Assembly: GCA_048940645.1 (NCBI GenBank) | Contig: JBHLOI010000003.1 | Location: 1-64,000 of the forward strand | DNA: 64,000 nt | Source of the DNA: Promethearchaeota archaeon | GTDB taxonomy: Archaea; Asgardarchaeota; Lokiarchaeia; Sigyniarchaeales; SOKP01 | Direction: 5' to 3' | Part shown: in pieces, positions 1-9,502 of the stretch | Position numbering within the stretch: the stretch's first letter is position 1 | How the letters are laid out: each line of letters begins with the position of its first letter | The notes under the pieces: model-generated | The model's input: the letters and a program-made list of their open reading frames with translations, nothing else | The model's database searches: none | What the model was told of the DNA's origin: nothing | Position numbers and translations under genes: made by a program

Positions 1-98
1 TCATTGAACTCGTCTGGTAATTGCTCTAAACAATATTGAATTTTGTAGCATATTCCTTCAATTGCTGGTTTCATACTCTCCCAAATATATTCGTTCAA
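1..98 (-). CDS. Partial hypothetical protein (N-terminus only, runs off the window start)
   Basis: Open frame read by hand from TTG at 98 (or ATG at 74): MNEYIWESMKPAIEGICYKIQYCLEQLPDEFN..., co-oriented with the two adjacent minus-strand genes. Confidence 0.4.
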   Translation of the reverse strand, partial: MNEYIWESMKPAIEGICYKIQYCLEQLPDEFN

Positions 99-242
99 TT
101 ATAGCGCCTTATCAATTCATTCCTTTGAATAAAAGAGAAATATCTTAATTTTAATATCACAATATAATTCAGATATTATTGAATGACCGTGAAATTTTAT
201 GTTTCACGAATTTATAGAAAAAAAAAAGAATTTAATGGTAAA

Positions 243-707
243 TTATGATACACTTACACTTATAGATGCGAAAAAGGTAGTAAACATTATAACAAATAGA
301 ATTAAACCAGAAATAATTAAATAAATTCGTCTGGTCCTATCATCAATGTTTTCAGCAACCCCTAAACTTAGAAAACCTATAAGTATGAAAACTAATGCAA
401 TATTAACACCGACCCTAGCTATATTCATAAAGATAGCATCTTGAAACGTCATCCAATAATATGTCTGCAATATTTGTTGTCCTCTTTGAATATATTCAGC
501 ATATCCGTATACACCATTCGAATAATTCATTTCATTTTCATAATTTGCTAAGTTAAGCCATTGACCTGCATTTTGTGCTATTGATCTACTAATCATCATC
601 ATTAAACCAAACAAGATTGCTACTAACAAACCATAAATTATAAATTTTACAGCTTTTCTCTTATCTAGTAATGGAATACTATCTGCTAAACTTCTTTTTT
701 CTGACAT
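243..707 (-). CDS. Hypothetical membrane protein (about 3 TM helices)
   Basis: 154 aa ORF with hydrophobic segments; 2 nt from the preceding minus-strand gene. Confidence 0.75.
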   Translation of the reverse strand: MSEKRSLADSIPLLDKRKAVKFIIYGLLVAILFGLMMMISRSIAQNAGQWLNLANYENEMNYSNGVYGYAEYIQRGQQILQTYYWMTFQDAIFMNIARVGVNIALVFILIGFLSLGVAENIDDRTRRIYLIISGLILFVIMFTTFFASISVSVS

Positions 708-709
708 TT

Positions 710-1366
710 TTATCTCTCCCTTCTCATTTTATTAAGATATTTATAGGCTAAAAATAAGGCATAGCAAACAAGAACAATTATCCCAATGGTAATAAATAGT
801 GTGCTAAGAAAAGCTCCTGGTCCATCAACTTTAACTAAAATATTAAAAGGTACATCCGTTTCAACACCGGCGTTATCACCATATACAATCACTACATAGG
901 TTCCGGGTATCGAAATAAAGTATGGTGTTGCAGTAGCGCTACCTGTAAACTCTAAATACCCTTCTCCTTGATTCGAAATAGCTATTACATTTTGTCTTAA
1001 TGTTGAAGGGAATTGTCCTAATCTAAATGTTGTGGTAATAAAGTATTCGCCAGTAAGTCCATTTGGATTAGAGTTGGCCGCATATGCTACATCATAATCA
1101 TATTTGGTCAAAATCTTTAGATTTGCTGTAATATCTGAATAATAAACTCCAAGAACTATAGTAGCCTTTTGATTTCTCCCAATTGTAAACTCACATGCGT
1201 AAGCGCTTTGAATTTCAGTATCACTTGTTTCTGTAATAGTAGCAGGTTTTTGGTCAGCTACAGTTATTTCATCTAATGCAAATCCTAATATTGGCCCAGT
1301 AATTATTAATGCAATTCCTATAATTAAAACAATAGTTAGTATTCTTTTTCCTTTCATATCATTCAC
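710..1366 (-). CDS. Hypothetical membrane-anchored protein (N- and C-terminal TM, beta-rich extracellular middle)
   Basis: 218 aa ORF with hydrophobic termini. Confidence 0.75.
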   Translation of the reverse strand: MNDMKGKRILTIVLIIGIALIITGPILGFALDEITVADQKPATITETSDTEIQSAYACEFTIGRNQKATIVLGVYYSDITANLKILTKYDYDVAYAANSNPNGLTGEYFITTTFRLGQFPSTLRQNVIAISNQGEGYLEFTGSATATPYFISIPGTYVVIVYGDNAGVETDVPFNILVKVDGPGAFLSTLFITIGIIVLVCYALFLAYKYLNKMRRER

Positions 1367-1568
1367 AATTGCTAAATTTTTCTTGAAATTTTTATAAGTT
1401 TTTTTTAGATTTCTTTAATATACGATTTACTATTTTTGTATAAAAATCTGCTGTAATAACAGATTAATCAATCCAAGCTAAGCTGAATGAGAAAACTTTT
1501 TAATTATATTTGATAAATTTTTTTAAATAAAAAAGTAAAATAATTTAAGAAAGCCTATAAATCATTAT

Positions 1569-2540
1569 TTGTATAAGACAGAGGTAATGTTACTTTTGAT
1601 GGAAGAATATAATTGTGAAGTATTAATAATCGGAGCGGGTCCAGCTGGATTATGTGCTGGGGTATATTGCGGTAGAGCAAACAGAAATACAATAATTTTA
1701 GATGGTAAAGAGCTCTCAGGATTAGCTAAGACAAAAAAAATCCAAAATTGGTTAGGAGAACCTCATATTGAAGGAATGAATTTATTGAAAAAATTCAGAG
1801 CTCATGCTGAAAGCTTCGATAATATCAGAATTATAGAAGGAGATGTTATTTCGCTATTGATAGGAATGGGAACTAATATGATTTCGACTAGAACGGCCAA
1901 TATCACTTCTGATGTAGTAATAATTGCCACTGGAACAGGTAAAAGAAAAGAAATCATTAAAGGAGAAAGTTCCTTGATTGGTTATGGTATTTCATATTGT
2001 GCTTTGTGTGATGGCCCTTTATACAGAGAAAAAAGTGTTTATTTATATGGCGCTGATAAAGAAATGCTTGAGGATGCGTTAGCGTTAGATCAAATGGGAT
2101 GTAGAGTTCATATTATAACTAATGTAAATATCGATGAACTACCTGATAAAGTAAAGGAAGTAAAAGAAAAAGGAATAGAGATCATTGATAACACTGAGAT
2201 TATTGAAGCTATCTCTGATTCGGATGGTATAATCCAAAAAATTATTTGTAGATCATCCAAGAAAGAAGAACCTGATGAGGAAGATATTCGAGAATATGAA
2301 TTAGATTGTTTATTTGTATTATCACATGTCGCCTCAAATTCTATTTTTAAAAAAGCTGGAATTGAATTAGATGAAAATAAAAACGTAAAAGTCGATGAAA
2401 ATCAACTAACGAACATTGAAGGAGTATTTGCGGCTGGTGATGTTACTGGAGGTTTATTTCAAGTAGTTTTTGCAGCAGCAGAAGGTGCTCGGGCAGGAAT
2501 TAATGCTGCTAAATATTTACGCCAATTACAAAAAGAATAA
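1569..2540 (+). CDS. trxB: Thioredoxin reductase (NAD(P)/FAD-dependent); true start probably a slightly downstream ATG
   Basis: IIGAGPAG FAD motif, SYCALCDG redox CxxC, TNIEGVFAAGD motif. Confidence 0.9.
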   Translation: MYKTEVMLLLMEEYNCEVLIIGAGPAGLCAGVYCGRANRNTIILDGKELSGLAKTKKIQNWLGEPHIEGMNLLKKFRAHAESFDNIRIIEGDVISLLIGMGTNMISTRTANITSDVVIIATGTGKRKEIIKGESSLIGYGISYCALCDGPLYREKSVYLYGADKEMLEDALALDQMGCRVHIITNVNIDELPDKVKEVKEKGIEIIDNTEIIEAISDSDGIIQKIICRSSKKEEPDEEDIREYELDCLFVLSHVASNSIFKKAGIELDENKNVKVDENQLTNIEGVFAAGDVTGGLFQVVFAAAEGARAGINAAKYLRQLQKE

Positions 2541-2584
2541 GTCGAACTTTACAATTTAATTTTAATTCCTTAAGAACTTAACTT

Positions 2585-2625
2585 GATGATATCATCTAGA
2601 TATTACTTCAAATTATGTAATATCC
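2585..2625. promoter_or_regulatory. Two adjacent palindromes upstream of xerA (candidate protein-binding or recombination site)
   Basis: GATGATATCATC (2585-2596, perfect) and AGATATTACTT-CAAATT-ATGTAATATCC (2598-2625, 11-6-11 layout, 9/11 arm symmetry). Confidence 0.35.
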
Positions 2626-2644
2626 CGATCATATTGTAGTTATT

Positions 2645-3568
2645 ATGGTAGAGTACAAATTTTCTGATTTCATTGATGATTTTTTAATTTCAAAAGAAGT
2701 GGAAGAAGGTTGTGCTCCCTCTACAATTAAGGCCTATAAATATGACCTTGATAAATTTATTAATTCAGTAGGGGATATTGAAATCAATTCGCCAGTATTG
2801 CGCCAGAGAATAAGATTGTTTTTAAAGAAAATAAAGGATATTGGGTATTCTAAGAAAGGAATTGGAAGAAAAATAGCATCTTTACGCTCGTATTTTAAAT
2901 TTTTAACTCTAAATGAATTCCTTGAAAAGAATCCTATGAGCACTATTAAGTCGCCAAAAATAAAGCTTGAAGAAAGTCTGCCAAAATTTCTTAAAATTTC
3001 AGATATTGAGGTTATTTTCAACAAACTAAAAGACAGAAAATTGTTTAACTCAAAAAAAAGTAAGAGATACTACTTGATTGTAAGATTACTCTACTCAACA
3101 ATGGCAAGAGTCAGTGAACTTTGTAATATACAGGTAAAAGATATTGATTTTGAAAAAGGTTATTTGAAATTGCGTGGTAAAGGAAATAAAGAAAGAATTG
3201 TCCCTGTTGATAAAACTACTTTAGAAATTTTTAATGAGCATCTTAGAAATCGAATTTCATATAATTCTGAAGATTATTTATTAGTAAATACATGGGGTAA
3301 AAAATTAAGTCCTCGTGTGGTCCAAGCAGATATTAAAATTATAAAAGAAAGATGCGGGTTTCCAGATTCAAAAATTATTACACCTCATGTATTTAGACAT
3401 ACAGGAGCAACTCATCTAAGACGATCTGGAATGGATATTAGTGAATTACAAGACATTTTAGGCCACAGTTCTCCAAATACAACTAGAATATATGCAAAAA
3501 ATGATATTACCAAATTAAAGCAATCTTATTCATCAATGCACCCTCTAAATAATTCAAATAAATTTTAA
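2645..3568 (+). CDS. xerA: XerA/XerC-D family tyrosine recombinase
   Basis: N-terminal SAM-like domain (STIKAYKYDL), catalytic R (ARVSEL), K (GKGNKER), HxxRH (TPHVFRH), LGH and Y (TTRIY). Confidence 0.9.
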   Translation: MVEYKFSDFIDDFLISKEVEEGCAPSTIKAYKYDLDKFINSVGDIEINSPVLRQRIRLFLKKIKDIGYSKKGIGRKIASLRSYFKFLTLNEFLEKNPMSTIKSPKIKLEESLPKFLKISDIEVIFNKLKDRKLFNSKKSKRYYLIVRLLYSTMARVSELCNIQVKDIDFEKGYLKLRGKGNKERIVPVDKTTLEIFNEHLRNRISYNSEDYLLVNTWGKKLSPRVVQADIKIIKERCGFPDSKIITPHVFRHTGATHLRRSGMDISELQDILGHSSPNTTRIYAKNDITKLKQSYSSMHPLNNSNKF

Positions 3569-3719
3569 AATTAATTTGAAACTAAAAAAATTTAAAATAA
3601 GCTTATTTTACTAACCTAATAACTTTAAATACAAATTCTTAAGTATAAGAAAGTTTAAACTTAAATTGTACTATATTTACTTATAGATCATATTTAAAAT
3701 TACAATACGTTAGATTATC

Positions 3720-4913
3720 ATGGACGAGGATGAGTTTAGAAAACAATTTGGGAAAAAATCTGTCTTTCGACGATTCGGCTCCCTTGATTTAACTTTTGTT
3801 CCAGAAAAATTATATTGTCGCGACCAAGCAATCAAAAATCTCATCTTTAATTTTAGAAGAATAATAGATGAGGAAGAACAACCATCTGTCAATTGTTTAA
3901 TTTTAGGAAAAGCTGGAGTGGGTAAAACAGTTACAGCCAGATATTTTGGTAAAAATTTTAAAAATATAGCTATAGAAAAAGATGTGAATATTTTTGTAGA
4001 ATATTATAACTGTATTACTTTTAGATCGAAAAGCAAAATAATTAGAGAGCTTTTGGCTAAATACACGCATGGAAGCGGCAGAGGCTTCTCAGATGACGAA
4101 GCATTAAAGCTAATCTTAACAAAATTAGTCAGAGAGAAAGGATATATGCTGTTAATTATTGATGAGATACATTTATTGAAATCAGATGAGATTCTAGCTT
4201 TTTTGGATATAGCAGAAACTTTTGGTCACCAGAATGCGAAACTTTCGATATTATTAATTTCCCGTATTAGAGATTGGATGAAAGTTGAGACAGAAAGAAT
4301 ATTAAGTCGCATAAATGATAAAATTAAATTCAAACCCTATAATTTTGATGAATCTGAACAAATATTACGATATAGAAGTGAACTAGCGTTTAAAGAGAAT
4401 GTAATTGATGATGAAATTTTAAATATGGTAAGTCAAATCGTGACAGAACACAAGAATATGCGCCATGGAATTGAAATTTTACGAAAAAGTGGTTTACATT
4501 CTGATAAAGAAGGATTAGACAGAATAACTCCTGATGCGATTAGGGAGGCATCAAATGAGGTTTATCCTACTTTTAGAGGTGAAATTGTAGATCAATTAAA
4601 TGAGCAGGAACTTTTAGCGTTGTATGGAATTACAAGGTCTTTAATGAATACAGACAATCCTTTTACTATTGTTGATGATGCATATGAAGAATATCAAACA
4701 ATATGTGAAACATATTCAGTTGATCCTCACGTCAAAATGAGTTTTAGGAAATATGTTAGACAGTTGAACGATATAAGCGTGATTTCCTCTAAAACAGTTA
4801 GAATTGAAGAAGCAGAGCGGGGAAGACACCTAGAGATAACATTACTTGATATTCCTGCTCCAAAGTTGGAAGAATTTTTAATAGATATTTTTGATAAGAA
4901 ATTCGGAACATAA
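3720..4913 (+). CDS. cdc6: Orc1/Cdc6 family replication initiator AAA+ ATPase
   Basis: FVPEKLYCRD N-terminal motif, Walker A GKAGVGKT, Walker B IIDE, FKPY sensor region, C-terminal winged helix. Confidence 0.9.
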   Translation: MDEDEFRKQFGKKSVFRRFGSLDLTFVPEKLYCRDQAIKNLIFNFRRIIDEEEQPSVNCLILGKAGVGKTVTARYFGKNFKNIAIEKDVNIFVEYYNCITFRSKSKIIRELLAKYTHGSGRGFSDDEALKLILTKLVREKGYMLLIIDEIHLLKSDEILAFLDIAETFGHQNAKLSILLISRIRDWMKVETERILSRINDKIKFKPYNFDESEQILRYRSELAFKENVIDDEILNMVSQIVTEHKNMRHGIEILRKSGLHSDKEGLDRITPDAIREASNEVYPTFRGEIVDQLNEQELLALYGITRSLMNTDNPFTIVDDAYEEYQTICETYSVDPHVKMSFRKYVRQLNDISVISSKTVRIEEAERGRHLEITLLDIPAPKLEEFLIDIFDKKFGT

Positions 4914-5035
4914 ACAAATTTCTTTAGAAATATTACTAAAAATTTTTTTACAATAATTCAAAATTTTCATCTAAAATATATTTTAAATAAAAATAATTAT
5001 TAGAAGTCAATAGACTATTATTAAATGATTTCATA

Positions 5036-6028
5036 ATGTTAAAAAAGAAAATTTTAATTACTGGAGCTTCGGGGAGTGTTGGCATAAAAGTATTTCATGA
5101 ATTTTTTGCAAGGAAACATAAATATAATATTACTCTTTTTCTCAGAGATTCAAAAAAAAATAAAAAACTGTTTAAAAATTATAGAGAGGAATTAAGTATC
5201 GTATGGGGAGATTTAAGGAATTTTAATGAGGTAGAAAAAGCTGTTGCTAACCAAGATATTATTTTGCATATCGCAGGAGTTATTCCTATATCTGAAGAGA
5301 GCAATCCAGAAGTTACTCAAGCAGTTAACGTTGATGGTACAAAAAATATTATAAATTCTATGTTAAAACAGCAAGTTAAACCAAAAATTATATTCACCTC
5401 TTCTGTAGCTGTTTATGGAAATAGAGTTAAAAACCCAATAATTAAAACAACAGATCCGATCAAACCTGCTAAAGGAGATTTCTATGCAGTATCAAAAATT
5501 GAAGCAGAAAAGCTAATTACGAATTCAGGTTTAGATTTTTGTATTTTTAGGTTAGGCTTTAGTGCTTCACCAGCAGTTCTTAAATTCCATCCTGCAATGT
5601 TTCGAATGCCATTAAATACAAGTATAGAAATGATTTTAACTAGTGATATTGGTAAAGCCTTAGTAAATGCAATAGAAAGAGAAGATATCTGGGGTAAAAT
5701 CTTTAATCTAGGAGGAGGGGAAAGCTGTCGAATTAGATATGGTGATCTTTTAGACGATCTTTATGAAATTATGGGGTTGGGAAGAGGTTTTATGCCAAAA
5801 GAAGCCTTTTCTATAGAGGGATACCACTGTGGCTTTTATTTTGATGAAGGCGTCCAAGAATTGTTTAATTTTAGGAATTTAACATTACAAGATTTTTATA
5901 AAGAAGTAAAAAAATGGATAGGTTTTAAGAGATATTTAACACCACTTTTGAGGTGGCCTTTAAGAAAGATTTTCATAAGAAAATCGGAATATTATAAGAA
6001 ATATAAAAAGAAAAAAGAAAAAACCTAA
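5036..6028 (+). CDS. NAD-dependent epimerase/dehydratase (extended SDR, 3-beta-HSD-like)
   Basis: ITGASGSVG, VNVDGT, TSSVAVYG and YxxxK (YAVSK) motifs. Confidence 0.85.
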   Translation: MLKKKILITGASGSVGIKVFHEFFARKHKYNITLFLRDSKKNKKLFKNYREELSIVWGDLRNFNEVEKAVANQDIILHIAGVIPISEESNPEVTQAVNVDGTKNIINSMLKQQVKPKIIFTSSVAVYGNRVKNPIIKTTDPIKPAKGDFYAVSKIEAEKLITNSGLDFCIFRLGFSASPAVLKFHPAMFRMPLNTSIEMILTSDIGKALVNAIEREDIWGKIFNLGGGESCRIRYGDLLDDLYEIMGLGRGFMPKEAFSIEGYHCGFYFDEGVQELFNFRNLTLQDFYKEVKKWIGFKRYLTPLLRWPLRKIFIRKSEYYKKYKKKKEKT

Positions 6029-6038
6029 ACCCTTTGTA

Positions 6039-6941
6039 TTATTTAACTTTTTTATGAAACCAGGGTATCAGTTTTGAAACAGTCTTTTTGTAATGTAAAT
6101 AATCTGGTTTTCTACTTAAATTTCTTTTTTCTATTAAGGGGATACTCAATATATAGAATAAGATTGTAATGAAAATTGGTCCAACGATCATCCACCAAAA
6201 AGAAATTTCTGTTGCTAATGCGAATAAGTATAAGCCCCACCAAAATAAGATTTCTCCAAAATAATTTGGATGTCTTGAGTATTTCCATAACCCTCTATTA
6301 AGGATTTTGGTAGAATCGTCTCTATTTTTTATAAAATTATATAGTTGTTGATCAGCAGCAGTTTCAAGAATTATTGCGAATAAAGTAATAGAAAAAGCAA
6401 TAAAATCAATATGATTAAAAGAAATATTTCTTATTGAAAGAGAGGGATACAATGATAAGCAACCTAAAAATACAAGAATAGTTGGCATTAAGTGGATACC
6501 AATCAAATTTACTAACCAAAAGAGCTTACCTTTTTCAACTCTTAAATTAGCATAACGCCAATCTTCATGATTTAAACCCCGCCATTGTCTTATCCAATTA
6601 TAGGTCAATCTAACAGACCAGGTTAAAACAAGAAAAAGCACAAATATTTGACGTAAAGATATCGTTTCACTAGTTTGAGGATTATATAACCAATATATAG
6701 CTATTACCGCAGGTGCTACGCTCCAATAAGGATCATAGAAACTTGCATTCTTAAAGATACTACCTACAATAAATATGAAAAAGGTTGCTATTATATCTGC
6801 TAAAAAGATAATTAGAATAGGATGTAAAAAGTTTATCAATGTAACAACTACTAAAGAAATAATTACAGTAATAGCATAAGCAATAATAATATAAATATAT
6901 CCCTTAATTTTACGACTAGAATTCTTAATAGGTTCGCTCAT
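6039..6941 (-). CDS. DUF1295 membrane protein (steroid 5-alpha-reductase-like superfamily)
   Basis: NASFYDPYWS, EDWRY, ADQQL and GLWKYSRHPNYFGE motifs. Confidence 0.88.
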   Translation of the reverse strand: MSEPIKNSSRKIKGYIYIIIAYAITVIISLVVVTLINFLHPILIIFLADIIATFFIFIVGSIFKNASFYDPYWSVAPAVIAIYWLYNPQTSETISLRQIFVLFLVLTWSVRLTYNWIRQWRGLNHEDWRYANLRVEKGKLFWLVNLIGIHLMPTILVFLGCLSLYPSLSIRNISFNHIDFIAFSITLFAIILETAADQQLYNFIKNRDDSTKILNRGLWKYSRHPNYFGEILFWWGLYLFALATEISFWWMIVGPIFITILFYILSIPLIEKRNLSRKPDYLHYKKTVSKLIPWFHKKVK

Positions 6942-6955
6942 TTTTACTTTACTTT

Positions 6956-7717
6956 TTAATATATATAGGGGATTAATGCTTTCCTATTTTTAGGGTAATC
7001 AGAGAAAGTTTTAAGATACCATTTATGATGAGATCGTGCTCTTGGACCTAAGTTAAAAAATGTCCATAAGACAAAAACGAGTCCAGGCAAAGACCACGTC
7101 ATCACAGCCCATCCTGCCCATTCAGTTATTTCACCAAGGTAACTTGGACAACTAACGTAATTAAACATTCCTCCATAAGGAATTTTATATTGAGTCTCTC
7201 CAGGTTTACGTAAATTACGTATAATTTTATCAGAATGAAGATTTATAACAAAACCACTGAAAAATGTAACCATTCCAACTATAAAAAACGGACTTATAAT
7301 CCAATTTGAGGGATAAGGAGGTGAAAATGTATATATCCATCTTGCTTGTAAATATGTGTTAATTCCGTTGAACATAAGACCAAAACTAATTATTGTTATT
7401 GGCATAGGTTGTTTGGCTCGTATTAAAAAAGGGAAGATGAACGTTCTTTGACCATAATGTAACATCCAAATACTAAGGAATCCAATTGACATAATATCTG
7501 TCTTTCTATCTCCAATAAGATAAAATAACAAAAAAATTATAACAGTAGGAATCTCCATAATAAACCATCCAATCTTATTATTAATAGTTGGCCCCCACTT
7601 TTCACTAATATGCTGCCCGTATGGAGCAGGAACAAAAAATAAGAGAATAAACATCGCTACTCCAACAAGACTGAAAATTAACATGATATAGTTAAAAATA
7701 ATTATCTCATTCATCAA
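6956..7717 (-). CDS. 3-oxo-5-alpha-steroid 4-dehydrogenase (SRD5A/DET2-like) family reductase
   Basis: APYG, GWFIME, HYGQR, NLHSD..LRKPGETQYKIPYGGMF, YLGEITEW, NLGPRA..HHKWY and RKALIP motifs. Confidence 0.88.
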   Translation of the reverse strand: MMNEIIIFNYIMLIFSLVGVAMFILLFFVPAPYGQHISEKWGPTINNKIGWFIMEIPTVIIFLLFYLIGDRKTDIMSIGFLSIWMLHYGQRTFIFPFLIRAKQPMPITIISFGLMFNGINTYLQARWIYTFSPPYPSNWIISPFFIVGMVTFFSGFVINLHSDKIIRNLRKPGETQYKIPYGGMFNYVSCPSYLGEITEWAGWAVMTWSLPGLVFVLWTFFNLGPRARSHHKWYLKTFSDYPKNRKALIPYIY

Positions 7718-7865
7718 AATTCAACTATTCTAACTTCCTACTTAAACTTTTACTTAATATGTAAAATTAATTGTTAATAGGTTTAAAATCTATAAAAAGT
7801 TTCATAATTCACTATAAGAAGAAAATCAACTTAAGTAATAACTATTAATAAGATTTTGATTAAGC

Positions 7866-8096
7866 TCAATAATTCTCTTTTTCTTTTTTGGATTGAGAAT
7901 ACCAGTCTAACCATTCTTTACGGCGGCTTTTAGCTCTATCAACCGCATCTGCTTCAACTACTCTCTCATTTCTCACTTTTTGCCAATATCTCTCAAGTTC
8001 TGCACGTGTGAGAGATAATCCGCAAGATTGACATACTAAATGTTTGATATCAGGTTGATATTTCATTTTTCCTCCGCACTCAGGGCAGTTACTCAT
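7866..8096 (-). CDS. Small Zn-ribbon protein
   Basis: CPECGG...CQSCG, 76 aa. Confidence 0.75.
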   Translation of the reverse strand: MSNCPECGGKMKYQPDIKHLVCQSCGLSLTRAELERYWQKVRNERVVEADAVDRAKSRRKEWLDWYSQSKKEKENY

Positions 8097-8223
8097 ATTT
8101 TGAAAGATCCTTCCAATTTATTTTAACATTTTATATATTTATAGAATTATTCACCGTTAAAATAATTATTCTATAGAAACTAATTTTATTTTCAAATAAG
8201 AATTTATATTTTATAATGATAAA

Positions 8224-9192
8224 TCATATTATAGAATCTAATAATTCTGTGATGGCTGATAAATCAAATGGTTTTAAGATATATCCATCTGCACCCGTTT
8301 CTTCGATCTTACTCCTAACTATCTCATCAGGTATGGCAGTTACATAGAAAACAAGTATATTTTTTAAATTATCATTTGCTTTAATCTGTTTACATACTTC
8401 ATAACCTTCAATATCAGGCAACATTATATCTAATAATACTAATTTTGGTTGTGATTTCTTCAATTCATCTAATCCTCTTAGACCTGTTGTTACTATTTTA
8501 AATGAACAACCTCTAATTTTAAATACCGTTTCAATTAAACGTATTGTTGATGGACTATCCTCAATTAATAAAACATCAAACTTATGTTCTTTTTGCCTAT
8601 TTAAAATTTTTGATTCAATTACCAAGCATTGATCAAATATATTTTCAATGGTACTTATTACTTGCTTACTTAATTCTTCACTAAATTCTTTTAACAGTAA
8701 TTCTGAGAATCCTTTTATCGCTGTAAGAGGTTCTTTCAATATAAATGAAATATCGGATAAATTTTTATCATTCATCTTAGATTGGATAAAAGATGAATTT
8801 AGATGATGTTGTATATAATAATCAACACCATCTCTGATTAATTTTGAAAGGGATGTAATAAATTCATTGTCTTTTATAAAATCCTGCCAATTTTTCTTTC
8901 TTTGTTTAGAAATATAAAAAGATATTCTTTCTTTTGACCGTTCATATACTTTTTGACCTGCTAAATACTGGCGAAATGCTTTTGTAATCCTTCCTAACCA
9001 TACAGCATTTTTACCCGTTTCACTTTTGAAATTTATTAATTTCTCTCGGAGGAATTCTTTAGTAAATCCAAGTTTAGTAATTTTTTCATCGTTCCAAACA
9101 ATTCTTATATTTTCTTCTAAAATCGTAGTTTCTGTTTTCATGTTATAAATTATTCTTGTGGATTTTTTTTTATCTATAGAAATTGATCTCAC
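8224..9192 (-). CDS. Response regulator: RHH-like segment + degenerate HisKA helix pair + C-terminal receiver domain
   Basis: Receiver motifs LLIED, LLDIMLPDIEG, VTA, ADGYILKPF; ISFILKEPLTAIKGFSELL resembles an H-box without His. Confidence 0.8.
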   Translation of the reverse strand: MRSISIDKKKSTRIIYNMKTETTILEENIRIVWNDEKITKLGFTKEFLREKLINFKSETGKNAVWLGRITKAFRQYLAGQKVYERSKERISFYISKQRKKNWQDFIKDNEFITSLSKLIRDGVDYYIQHHLNSSFIQSKMNDKNLSDISFILKEPLTAIKGFSELLLKEFSEELSKQVISTIENIFDQCLVIESKILNRQKEHKFDVLLIEDSPSTIRLIETVFKIRGCSFKIVTTGLRGLDELKKSQPKLVLLDIMLPDIEGYEVCKQIKANDNLKNILVFYVTAIPDEIVRSKIEETGADGYILKPFDLSAITELLDSII

Positions 9193-9502
9193 CCTTATTT
9201 TCTAATATTGAAATATTTTTTATAACCATAACTAAATTTCAGTTGCTTTGTTGTAAAAAATCTACCTTTTGTGTACAAAATAAGATAAATAATTATTTAA
9301 AGTTATTGGAATATAAATTCAAAGATAATTAATCTCTCCAAAAGAACGAAAAAAATTATTGCTACAAAAAGAAAATTTGGTTTTTAATTGGTTTAATTGC
9401 TTGGAAGACTATTTTTATATATCTAATAAAAGCTAAATTTAATTTAAATAAAATATTTTGAGACAAAAATTTAAAGTAAATAATACTAGAAAGTGAATTG
9501 TA

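Noticed and set aside
3569-3719. Replication origin next to cdc6
   Set aside because: AT-rich but short, and no ORB/mini-ORB repeats (TCCA..GGAAA with G-string) were recognisable on either side of the gene.
2645-4913. Integrated mobile element (integrase + replication initiator)
   Set aside because: The recombinase looks like chromosomal XerA; no att repeats, tRNA target or cargo genes; flanks are housekeeping genes.
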